Shown here: piece by piece, positions 26,256-34,746 of the stretch | How positions within the stretch are numbered: position 1 is the first letter of the stretch | Layout: each line of letters opens with the position of its first letter | Notes under the pieces: generated by a model | What the model saw: the letters and a program-made list of their open reading frames with translations, nothing else | What the model was told of the DNA's origin: nothing | The model's database searches: none | Translations under genes and position numbers: made by a program | Assembly: GCA_938042245.1 (NCBI GenBank) | Contig: CALIRO010000016.1 | Location: 46,004-110,003 of the forward strand | DNA: 64,000 nt | Source of the DNA: an uncultured Thermoguttaceae bacterium | GTDB lineage: Bacteria; Planctomycetota; Planctomycetia; Pirellulales; Thermoguttaceae | Reading direction: 5' to 3'

Positions 26256-26348
26256 TATCTATTTTATCCAAATTATATATTGTGAATACCATTGTTCGGT
26301 GGCTCAGCGAGCAATGCGCTCTTTTCTTCTATCTATTTTATCCAAATT
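26256..26348 (+). repeat. 19-bp direct repeat (tatctattttatccaaatt) x2, 74 bp apart
   Basis: Exact copies lie at 26256-26274 and 26330-26348, in the AT-rich region upstream of the BON gene (minus strand). Confidence 0.8.
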
Positions 26349-26771
26349 GCCCATTTTCTAAAATCTAAGAACTTCAGGAAGAGAGTTTGCCAGTGCCTTT
26401 TTTCGTTTTAACCCCGCCTTCATCCGAGAGTTTCTGGTTCGGGGGAAACGATTTGTCGAATGCGAAACCGGTCTTTAGCTCGGCTTTTAGCATTTTTTAA
26501 GGCCGCCTCTCCAGGGGCAATCTCTCAACGGGTTTAAGCATAGGACCTAGGAAACAATATGGACCAATGACTGTTGCTACGTAACTATCGGAGAAAAAAG
26601 AAGTTACGAAAAAAATGGCGAAACTCGTCCTTAGAAGCCTCTAAAAAAACTACCTTCGCTAGGAGTGGGTGCCTAGGCGAGGGGCGAGTGGAACCCTTTG
26701 GGATTTGGTTTGGGGTAGAAGCACGGGCTGTCGTTCTGCCAAAAGCTGAAAAGCCACCAGCTTTGGAGTTC

Positions 26772-28466
26772 TCAATGTTCGGCCGTTTGGGCTAAGCCAT
26801 TGGAGGGAAATACCGCTGGCAGTTCCAGGGTGAAACAACTTCCCTGACCGGGTTGGCTTTGTACAAGGATTCGCCCGCCGTGTTCCAGGAGGATTTTTTG
26901 ACTTACCGGCAATCCCAGGCCAGTCCCTCGGGCGCCCTTGGTGGAAACAAAAGGTCGGAATAGGTTTTCCATTTCTTGTGGGGGGATTCCTGGGCCGTTG
27001 TCCCGAATATGGACCCGGGCCAAACGCCCGTCGTACTCGGTTTGGATTTCTAGTTTTCCTGGCAGTCCTTCTGGCCGATCGGCCAAGGCATCCAGAGCAT
27101 TGGTTACCACATTGAGCACGGCATGGTGGAGGCCTTCTGGGTCGAAGACCATATCAGGCATTGGTTCGGCCAACCGAACCGTTAATTGGACGTGCATTTC
27201 CGCAGCCCGGGCCTGAACCAATTCGACCACATCGCTGACGACCTGATTTAGATTTGCTGGCCGGAGGTCCGGTTCCCGTTCTTTGCTGAAGGTGAGCATA
27301 TCCATGACCAGGGCGGAGATTTTGGCCTGGTTTTTTTCCACAATGTTCCAGCCTTTGCGGATGAGGTTTTCATCATGTTCGGTCAGGCCCATTTCAATCA
27401 GGTAGCTGCCGCCCCGGATGCCTTGGAGGATATTTTTGATATGATGCGAGAGCACGGCAATGGTTTGTCCGATGGCGGCCAGGCGTTCCGCCTGCACCAT
27501 GGCGGAGTAATACCGGGTATCTTCGACGGCCAAGGCGGCTTGGTGTCCAATGGCGATCATTAGTTTAAGGTGATCTTCTTTGAACTTCGTCTCTTGGCCG
27601 GTTTGCAAAATCTGCTGGGGGCTGATCGTGGTATCGACGTACAAGACGCCCACAATATCGTACCGGCCTTGCATGGGCACACAGATGGCTTCGCGGACAC
27701 CGGCTTGTAAGATGCTAGCGGCGGGATCCCAACGGCGGTCTTGGCTGGCGTCGCTGGTAAGCACGCCTTCGCGGCGGTTTAGGACGTAATCGAGAATGGT
27801 GCGGCTGATGGTGATTTTTTCGTCGCCCCGTCCCTTATGGCGGGTCCGGCGTACCTTGGGCACCAAGGCCTTGGTTTCCGGATCCACAAGCATGATGCAG
27901 CCCCGATCCGCCTCGATCCATTCGAAAATAAGATCCATAATGCGTTGAAGCAGTTGGTCGATGTCTAGGGTTCGGCTGACGGCCAGGGCGGTTCGATACA
28001 TCACCTGCAGGTTGCTTCGGGCGCGGGCCAGCCAGGAATCCGGCGGCAATACCGCTGCCGGATCCAGTAGTCGGCTGCCTTCCTCTTGAGCCAGCGCCTG
28101 AACAATATGAGAGGGTTCTTCGGCAGCAGCGGCAGCAGTAATATCCACGCTCAGCCCCGCATCTTCTCCCATCTCCGGCGTTAGCCCCGTATACAGAAGC
28201 ACCGTACGCCCAATTTGGATATGGTCGCCGGTGGCCAGTTCCGCCTGCGTGATCCGCCGACCATTCACATAGGTGCCATTGGAGCTGCCTAGATCCACTA
28301 AAAGATGCCGATCCTCCTGCAGACGGATCTCCGCATGATGGCGGGAGACCTCCGAGTCGTGAATCTGAATGGCGTTGGCCGGGTCCCGACCTAGGCCCAT
28401 GCGAGGCTCGGTCAGCTCAAAGCGGCTGCCTTGATCGTTGCCCCGAATAACAAAGAGCGAAGGCAC
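26772..28466 (-). CDS. Cytoplasmic FHA-GAF-histidine kinase
   Basis: 564 aa, GTG start. The FHA domain is LGRDPANAIQIHDSEVSRHHAEI...DLGSSNGTYVNGRRI. A GAF-like middle follows (DIDQLLQRIMDLIFEWIEADRGCIMLVDPE). The H-box is ERLAAIGQTIAVLSHHIKNIL, and the HATPase N/G boxes are VLNVVTNALDA...DNGPGIP...GTGLGLPVS. No TM segment is present. Confidence 0.9.
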   Translation of the reverse strand: MPSLFVIRGNDQGSRFELTEPRMGLGRDPANAIQIHDSEVSRHHAEIRLQEDRHLLVDLGSSNGTYVNGRRITQAELATGDHIQIGRTVLLYTGLTPEMGEDAGLSVDITAAAAAEEPSHIVQALAQEEGSRLLDPAAVLPPDSWLARARSNLQVMYRTALAVSRTLDIDQLLQRIMDLIFEWIEADRGCIMLVDPETKALVPKVRRTRHKGRGDEKITISRTILDYVLNRREGVLTSDASQDRRWDPAASILQAGVREAICVPMQGRYDIVGVLYVDTTISPQQILQTGQETKFKEDHLKLMIAIGHQAALAVEDTRYYSAMVQAERLAAIGQTIAVLSHHIKNILQGIRGGSYLIEMGLTEHDENLIRKGWNIVEKNQAKISALVMDMLTFSKEREPDLRPANLNQVVSDVVELVQARAAEMHVQLTVRLAEPMPDMVFDPEGLHHAVLNVVTNALDALADRPEGLPGKLEIQTEYDGRLARVHIRDNGPGIPPQEMENLFRPFVSTKGARGTGLGLPVSQKILLEHGGRILVQSQPGQGSCFTLELPAVFPSNGLAQTAEH

Positions 28467-28529
28467 GCTGGCTGCTCCCCTGGAAAACTGCCTGCTCCAG
28501 GGGAGCCTCCGCTGAGTCGGCTGCCCAGG

Positions 28530-28913
28530 TTACCTCTGGCCCTTTTGGGCCGACATGCTCCCCTGGATCAACTGTTCGATGGTACGAATCAATGGGCCAT
28601 AATGATAAGGTTTCGGAAAGCACTCCCCTGGAAATATTCTATCCGGAGCCCGCCATCTGCCCAGCACCACCAGGGGGGTCTGGGTCTGTTGGACCTTCTG
28701 CGCCAGGGGCTGACAGATCCGATTGGCCGAGCCGTCTTCTACCTGTAAATCCAAAATGATCAAATCCGGTTGGTAGGTTTGAGCTAACTGCAAGGCTTCT
28801 TCCGGAGCTTCTGCCCAGAGGGTCTGCATTCCTCGGCGTTGCAGGACGGTTCCGAGAACCTCTCGGGTTTCTTCCCCGGCATCCACGATCAACACACTTG
28901 GCTTCCGTTCCAA
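28530..28913 (-). CDS. Stand-alone response-regulator receiver domain protein
   Basis: The track ORF is 28530..28937 (TTG). An in-frame TTG at 28913 has AAAGGAG 7 nt upstream and gives (M)ERKPSVLIVDAGEETREVL...PDLIILDLQVEDGS (phospho-acceptor Asp context). It has no output domain and lies 63 nt upstream of the FHA-GAF kinase on the same strand. Confidence 0.8.
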   Translation of the reverse strand: MERKPSVLIVDAGEETREVLGTVLQRRGMQTLWAEAPEEALQLAQTYQPDLIILDLQVEDGSANRICQPLAQKVQQTQTPLVVLGRWRAPDRIFPGECFPKPYHYGPLIRTIEQLIQGSMSAQKGQR

Positions 28914-28974
28914 GGGTCCGCTCCTTTCGGGGGCCAAAGGTTAGCAGGTTCTATGCCCCCCTTGTTTATATTTA

Positions 28975-28999
28975 CTAAATTTCCTAAATTATCTAAATT
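28975..28999 (+). repeat. Three 9-bp-periodic CTAAATT repeats
   Basis: CTAAATT begins at 28975, 28984 and 28993 (ctaaatttc ctaaattat ctaaatta), 60-90 nt upstream of the receiver gene start. Confidence 0.7.
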
Positions 29000-29436
29000 A
29001 AATATCTTCTCTATATTGAAGTTCCCGACCCCCTCTCCATCCCCTGCCGAAAACTGGACCAAAAGAATACAGGCCTTTCCCCTACGTGTCAAAGCGAATT
29101 TTTTCTTCTTTTCTTCCCTCCCGGAGCGACTGGAACAAGATCCAAAAAGGGGCAACTCCCTCCATCTCCAACCGAATTTTTGCCCCCCTTGTAGGTTGCA
29201 TGTGCCGTCTTTCAGAGGGTGTCACACGCTACGGTATTCTCGTCAACCCCACAGGAAGCTCCGTCCACCTGACTACGTTCCAACTTACTTGAGGAACCTC
29301 TGAATAATTCAAAGGAGATATTTTTACACTATTCCGGAACCCCCGTCAATAGCCCCAACCTATGATGGCACTGCCAACATTAGACTCAATATATAGTGCC
29401 CAACAATGGGAACCGACAGGCAAAGGAATGTATCAA

Positions 29437-29472
29437 ATGTTCATAAAGTTCATGTGATGTTCAAAATTTTAC
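29437..29472 (+). other. 36-nt AT-rich triple-GTTCA element with a coupled mini-ORF (copy 2)
   Basis: The sequence is atGTTCAtaaaGTTCAtgtgatGTTCAaaattttac. It encodes MFIKFM-stop (29437-29457), overlapping (TGATG) an ATG at 29457 that opens a 29-codon ORF, MFKILHSFLERKQKKRKKENSPRKISLTD (to 29546). Confidence 0.5.
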
Positions 29473-29747
29473 ATAGCTTCCTTGAGAGAAAACAAAAGAA
29501 GAGAAAGAAGGAGAACAGCCCCAGGAAAATTAGTCTTACAGACTAACTTACACCACGGTCTCCTGCTTTCCCGCAGATGAGAGGTTTTGTCATTGGGCGG
29601 TCTTCTACAGTTCCCGAAAAACCACCCTAATTGAGGGGTTTCCACATGAGGACTTTGGTATTTGCAAAAGCACCAAAAAGTCAATAGGGGGAAACTCAAC
29701 GGGTTGAGAACGGACTGAAATGGATTGCCAAGCAGTCAGAAGGTAGC

Positions 29748-29969
29748 TTACCGTTCTCGATAGACGATCCGGCCTTTGGTCAGATCATACGGCGACAGTT
29801 CCACCCGGACCCGGTCGCCGGGCACAATGCGGATGAAGTTTTTGCGTAATCGGCCTGCCAGATGGGCAATCACCATGTGGCCGCCTTCGACTTGCACGCG
29901 AAAGCGGGTATTGGCCAATGCCTCGGTTACTACTCCCTCCACTTCGATGCCTTCTTCTTTTTTCGTCAT
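29748..29969 (-). CDS. infA: Translation initiation factor IF-1
   Basis: The translation is [73 protein letters not shown], a canonical S1-like IF-1. I prefer ATG 29969 over the track GTG at 29975. Confidence 0.95.
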   Translation of the reverse strand: MTKKEEGIEVEGVVTEALANTRFRVQVEGGHMVIAHLAGRLRKNFIRIVPGDRVRVELSPYDLTKGRIVYRER

Positions 29970-30724
29970 ATCCACGTCCTGTGCCCCAAGATCATAACAT
30001 GCTCTCTTAGGCAGGAGCCTCCTGCCAGCGGCGGTGCCTCTGGGGCCTTATTTTTTATCGTAGCATTTTTTATCTGGTCGTCTAGTAGTCCCGAGCACCT
30101 TCTGGGTTGGGGGTCGGTTCCTATGGCATTGGGAGGGGCTCTGGGTTGGATTCGTTGGGCCGGAAGGTCTAGGATGCCCTTATTGTTGCGGTTGGTTTCG
30201 GGGGGTGGGAACCGGATCCCAATCGGCTTTGGTTCTGGTTGCCCGGGCAATGCTCGGCACCCACACCGGCTAAGCCCTAACTAGACCTAGTACTGGAGCG
30301 GTTCTCCGGTTTGGGAAACTCGCAGCCCTGGCAGAGAGCTTGGCAGGGGCAGTGCCGGGGAGGGGCTGCCCTTGTATCCTCCAGCAATGTGGATCAGAAT
30401 GGAAACGGTGCTGAAAAGTCGGTGCCTTGTGCAAAACGTCTTACACTCTCCTTTAAATAGCAACCAGGCACCCTAGGGGTACGGGAACACCATGAAAAAT
30501 CTTAACTCCTTAAATTACAATAGGTTACAAAAAAGACATCCCTCCGACGTTCCAGAAATTACCGAGCTAAAACCTTTTTTGGACAAAGTCGTTAGAGGTT
30601 AGGGGCTGTTCAACTGCGGTTGTTGGCCGCTGTGTCTAGTAGTCGATTGGAAGCGGGCACAGAGGTCGTGGCAACGTGGTAGCGGTGGTTTGTGAGTTGG
30701 TTTTTTCCCACAGGAGCTTCTCCG

Positions 30725-31738
30725 ATGCGCAGCAGAGTCTTTGTCTTTATCGAAGCCGGGTTGGTATGTCTGGTAGCTCTGGGGGGTTGGCAATGGGGGG
30801 TCTGGGCTGAACAGGCCGGCAAACCGAAGGTTTTTACCGATCCGGCTCAGGCCGGTCCTGATTTTGCTGACCAGGGCGAATATGTGGGCCAGATTCAAAC
30901 CCAGAGTGGTCCGGCCAAATACGGCGCCCAGGTAATTGCTTTGGGCGACGGGAAATTTCATGCCGTCGGTTATCCAGGCGGATTGCCCGGCGACGGTTGG
31001 GATGGGAGCGAAAAGATCCATGCCGACGGCCAGCGCCAGGCCGATCGGGTGGTCTTTTCCCTATCCGAGGGCCGAAAGGCGGAACTGGCCAAGGGAACCA
31101 TTATTGTGTTGGAGGCAGATGGTCAGCAGATCGGCAAACTTCACCAGGTAGAACGCCGAAGTCCTACTTTAGGCCTCAAACCGCCCGCCGGAGCGGTGGT
31201 GCTTTTCGACGGCACTTCGGCCGAGCAGTTCCACGGCGGCCGAATGACTCCGGATGGCCTTCTGATGGAAGGGGCTACTAGCAAACAAAAGTTTGGCAGT
31301 TGCACTATCCATTTGGAGTTCCAGACCCCTTTTATGCCTTATGCCCGAGGCCAAGCCCGGGGCAATAGCGGCGTCTATGTCCAAGGACGCTATGAGGTTC
31401 AGATTCTCGATAGCTTTGGCCTGGAGGGGTTGGACAACGAATGTGGAGCCATTTATGGAGTGGCCCGGCCAAAAATCAATATGTGCTTTCCGCCGTTGAG
31501 CTGGCAAACCTATGACATCGAGTTTCAGGCAGCCAAATGGCATAACGGCCAAATGGTCCAGCGGCCTCGAATGACGGTTCGGCATAATGGTGTGCTGGTG
31601 CACGAAAATGTGGAATTGCCTTTTGCCACCCGTGCCGCCCCCTTGCCCGAAGGCCCAGAAAAGGGACCTTTGTTCCTCCAAAATCATGGCTGCCCAGTGC
31701 GATTCCGAAATATCTGGGTACTGGAAAAACAGCAGTAG
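30725..31738 (+). CDS. DUF1080 (3-keto-disaccharide hydrolase-like, concanavalin-type) domain protein, secreted
   Basis: The track ORF is 30692..31738. ATG 30725 (AGGAG 8 nt upstream) gives MRSRVFVFIEAGLVCLVALGG. The C-terminal VLFDGTSAEQF...GNSGVYVQGRYEVQILDS...NECGAIYGV...QTYDIEF...RMTVRHNGVLVHENVEL...GPLFLQNHGCPVRFRNIWV is the typical DUF1080 pattern. Confidence 0.85.
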   Translation: MRSRVFVFIEAGLVCLVALGGWQWGVWAEQAGKPKVFTDPAQAGPDFADQGEYVGQIQTQSGPAKYGAQVIALGDGKFHAVGYPGGLPGDGWDGSEKIHADGQRQADRVVFSLSEGRKAELAKGTIIVLEADGQQIGKLHQVERRSPTLGLKPPAGAVVLFDGTSAEQFHGGRMTPDGLLMEGATSKQKFGSCTIHLEFQTPFMPYARGQARGNSGVYVQGRYEVQILDSFGLEGLDNECGAIYGVARPKINMCFPPLSWQTYDIEFQAAKWHNGQMVQRPRMTVRHNGVLVHENVELPFATRAAPLPEGPEKGPLFLQNHGCPVRFRNIWVLEKQQ

Positions 31739-31995
31739 GTACCCTTCTTAGGGGCGGAAAAACTAAGCCCCCTAGCCGAATAGGGAATTAGCTATCCCCC
31801 CAGAGTGCTTCCGCGCAAAACAGGGGGTGCTGTTTAAAATACCTGCTAGTCTTCTTTCTCCAATTGAGGTAAAATAATAAAGTCAGATGATTGCCCCGCT
31901 CCCCTTCCAAAGGGGAGTACCGAAAAATCTTCGCAAGTTCCTTTCTTGGATTTGCCGATATTCTGGAGGCTTTCCGCCACTTGAAATAACAGGTT

Positions 31996-32024
31996 CTCCA
32001 AAGGAGGCCGATTCTCCTTTGGAG
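31996..32024. repeat. Perfect 11-bp inverted repeat with a 7-nt spacer
   Basis: The arms are CTCCAAAGGAG (31996-32006) and CTCCTTTGGAG (32014-32024), separated by gccgatt. Confidence 0.8.
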
Positions 32025-32168
32025 CCACTTGGTGGCAAAAGCCTTCCCCAAGGGTGGGCAAAAGCTCTTGATTTCCCTTGGAAGAATTGTGGCGGGTTGG
32101 GAAAAGGCGGAGAAAAGAGGGTAAGCCTCTGTAAGGGGGGGTTCCCGGATAGAGTTGCTTTAAAGGAG

Positions 32169-32355
32169 ACCAAACCTCCCGTTTAAGATTCCGACGGAGG
32201 TGCCAACCATTACGCGTGTGCCGGGGTCCCTGGCCGGCGGTGCTTGTTGCACGCCTGACCCCCGCACGTCTCGCAGCGACGCATCCGGTCGCAATCTTTC
32301 GGGAGGTTGGTAGAGGGTCGTCAGTGCTTCGGCCAGAGGCGCTGACGACTTTTTT
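32169..32355 (+). ncRNA. Candidate structured small RNA: ~143-nt rod-like hairpin plus intrinsic terminator
   Basis: A hand fold gives a 12-bp closing helix, 32169-32181 (accaaacctcccg, one bulged A) with 32300-32311 (cgggaggttggt). Next is a 6-bp helix, aagatt 32185-90 with aatctt 32293-98. There is a large internal loop (~20/18 nt), inner helices, and an apical stem GGCG(G)TGC/GCACGCC (32236-32255). The terminator follows at 32317-32355. No credible ORF is present on either strand. Confidence 0.35.
32317..32355 (+). terminator. Rho-independent terminator
   Basis: The 11-bp stem pairs GTCGTCAGTGC (32317-27) with GCGCTGACGAC (32339-49, one G-U). It has an 11-nt loop and is followed by TTTTTT (32350-55). 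There is no T-run on the opposite strand. Confidence 0.75.
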
Positions 32356-32837
32356 ATTGCAAGATCCCTGAATGAAGAAGAACGATTTGTTTCGAAGCAT
32401 TTGAGACACCACACATTGCGGACAGGTTCTGAGAGTCTATCATTGGCTATTGCTGAGATGACTGGCAAGGAAAGGCTCATGGATGGGCCGCAGTGGGGAG
32501 GCTAATGCCATGGTGCTGCACCTCTCTGGGGGGGTGAAAGGAAACAATGGATGGGGTTTAGCGGGGAGGATAAGGGAGGTTTGAGAAGTGGGGGAATTGT
32601 GGCAAATCGAGAGAGAAAGCACGTGGTCTACAGAATTTGGGTAATATAGAAAACATAGATAATTTAAGCAAAACAGAAAAGATTTAAATTTCTTTCGAAG
32701 CCCTCAGCAGATGGGCAATATAGGGGAGTTTGGTAAAATAACAGGATTTTCTTAGCAGTGCCGGTGAAGTTATAGATTCTGGGCAAAGTTTACGGCCTCA
32801 CCGCCCGATATGAAGAAGTGGGAGGTGAGGAAAAGCC

Positions 32838-33743
32838 ATGGCCCAATTAACCCCGGAACTGGTGGTGGATGTGTTAGCTCTGTGTGAGGCGGGGGCCTCC
32901 GAGATAGCCGCCGCCTTGGGTCGGGCTTTGGACAGCTCCCTCCAACTGAACGTGCACCGAGCCGGTTCCCTGGATCTTTCCTCCATGCCCGATGGCTTTG
33001 ATGGGCCTGGGTTGGTCGTGCTTCTGAAAGTGGGGGCCGAAGGTGCTTTATTCCTCTTGCCGGAAAGTTGCGGGTTTCTGCCCTCCTGGTACGGCCAACC
33101 CGACCCTACCGGCCAATCCAAACTGACCACCTTGGCTCAAGAGTTAGGCATGTTGGTCATCCCCGAATCGCTGCCGGTGGAGGATTTTCGGGCTGGCCGG
33201 GTAAGCAATTTGCGTGAAGCGATCGTTCGCGCAGGTTTGGCCGAAGGAGCTCCTTCGATTTCCTTGGCCGTCTCCGGGGCCAAAACCGCCCAGGGCATCG
33301 CACTACTGTGTTGGCCTGCTAGCCAACCCGACCAAGCCCTAGTGGAACCCAAACCCTCCGTCCCTAAGGTTTCCTCCAGGGCTGCCCCAGCGAGCTTTGC
33401 CGCTACTGCTTCTCCTAAGCCTCCGCTGAGAACGTCAGGCCGAGCGGTCTCTTTGAAAGATTTGCCTTTGTACGGCAAAAGTCTTTTACGGGTGAAGATT
33501 CCGGTAGCTGTTACGTTGGCTCGAAAAAAACATCCGTTAGGAAAGATTTTGGATCTAGCACCTGGATCGATCATCCATTTCGACAAATCCTGTGAAGAGC
33601 TGTTGGAACTGGAGGCCGCCGGGTATCCCATTGCCCTGGGCGAGGCCGTCAAAGTGGGAGAAAAGTTCGGCCTTCGCATCCTGCGGATTCGCCTGCCAGA
33701 AGAACGCATCCAGCCGGTCAAACGACGTTCCCGATCTTCCTAA
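32838..33743 (+). CDS. FliN/FliY-like protein (C-terminal SpoA/FliMN_C domain), orphan
   Basis: 301 aa, with GGAGGTGAGG upstream. The C-terminal LLRVKIPVAVTLARKKHPLGKILDLAPGSIIHFDKSCEELLELEAAGYPIALGEAVKVGEKFGLRILRI matches the FliN/SpoA beta-domain pattern. The N-terminal LALCEAGASEIAAALGRALDSSLQLNV is reminiscent of CheC/FliY-type modules. Confidence 0.7.
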   Translation: MAQLTPELVVDVLALCEAGASEIAAALGRALDSSLQLNVHRAGSLDLSSMPDGFDGPGLVVLLKVGAEGALFLLPESCGFLPSWYGQPDPTGQSKLTTLAQELGMLVIPESLPVEDFRAGRVSNLREAIVRAGLAEGAPSISLAVSGAKTAQGIALLCWPASQPDQALVEPKPSVPKVSSRAAPASFAATASPKPPLRTSGRAVSLKDLPLYGKSLLRVKIPVAVTLARKKHPLGKILDLAPGSIIHFDKSCEELLELEAAGYPIALGEAVKVGEKFGLRILRIRLPEERIQPVKRRSRSS

Positions 33744-33952
33744 CGGAGTTGGTGGGTTGGGAAGACCGGACGGCATGGTGGCTTTCGGTAGGCCGAGTCG
33801 GGAAGCGTCAGCTACCGTTGGCTGGAATTCCCGAGTAACGGGTCATAAAATGTCTCAATAGCGGTGCCCCTGGAGGCCAGGAGTCTGCTAGGGGGCCAGG
33901 AGGAGGGGATTTGTCAATGGGAAGTTTGGATTAATGTATATTTGCTCTCCCT

Positions 33953-34540
33953 ATGATCCTCTTGATCGATAATTACGATTCGTTTACCTACAACCTGGTG
34001 CAGCGGTTGGGGGAAATCGATCCCAGCCTAGATCTGCAAGTCTATCGGAACGATCAGATCAGTTTAGCGCAGATCGAGGCGAAGCGCCCAAGCCATTTGA
34101 TCATTTCTCCAGGCCCCTGTACCCCGAATGAAGCAGGTATTTCCGTTGCCTGTGTGCAACGGTTTGCCGGCAAAGTGCCGATCCTGGGCGTTTGTTTGGG
34201 CCATCAGGCCATTGCCCAGGCTTTTGGCGGTCGCATCATCCGAGCAGGACGAATCATGCACGGCAAAACCGATGCGATTTACCACGACGGCCGGGGGCTG
34301 TTTGTGGGACTGGAAAATCCGTTCATTGCCACCCGCTACCATAGCCTGATCGTCGAACCCGCCTCTTTACCGGAGGTCTTTGAGGTGTCGGCATGGTCAG
34401 AGGCTCCGGACGGCACCCGAGAAATCATGGGGATCCGGCATAAGTACTGGCCTATCGAAGGGTTGCAATTTCACCCGGAAAGTTTTCTGACCGAGGTGGG
34501 CCATACCATTTTAGAACGCTTCCTGCAAATGCGTGCATGA
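33953..34540 (+). CDS. Anthranilate / aminodeoxychorismate synthase component II (class I glutamine amidotransferase, TrpG/PabA)
   Basis: 195 aa. The translation reads [21 protein letters not shown]...[18 protein letters not shown] (catalytic Cys)...LQFHPES. Confidence 0.9.
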   Translation: MILLIDNYDSFTYNLVQRLGEIDPSLDLQVYRNDQISLAQIEAKRPSHLIISPGPCTPNEAGISVACVQRFAGKVPILGVCLGHQAIAQAFGGRIIRAGRIMHGKTDAIYHDGRGLFVGLENPFIATRYHSLIVEPASLPEVFEVSAWSEAPDGTREIMGIRHKYWPIEGLQFHPESFLTEVGHTILERFLQMRA

Positions 34541-34746
34541 CCAAAAATCCTCAATACCCTTTCCCGACGGCCTGTTCAAAATCCGATAAGTGGTTTTATG
34601 TATATCTAATCTCTTTTCCCTCCGGCCGTGGGTGATCCGAACGAAGAGGCGCTAAACAAAACAGAACTCTCAAAAGGTTAACCATAGGCTCTCTGCTAGG
34701 GATATAATGACCTGGAGGGGCTTTGTTAGAGCGGGAATGCACTGGA

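Noticed and set aside
24005-26348. CRISPR array, considered because of the spaced direct repeats at 24005/24079 and 26256/26330.
   Set aside because: Each locus has only two copies, the repeats are AT-rich and non-palindromic, no cas genes are present, and the spacing and length do not fit CRISPR repeat-spacer units.
31846-32412. ORFs in the 31.7-32.8 kb gene desert: 188-aa (-), 99-aa (+), 96-aa (-) and 106-aa (-).
   Set aside because: The frames overlap each other, with no SD and low-complexity or implausible sequences. They run through palindromes and through the strong + strand terminator.
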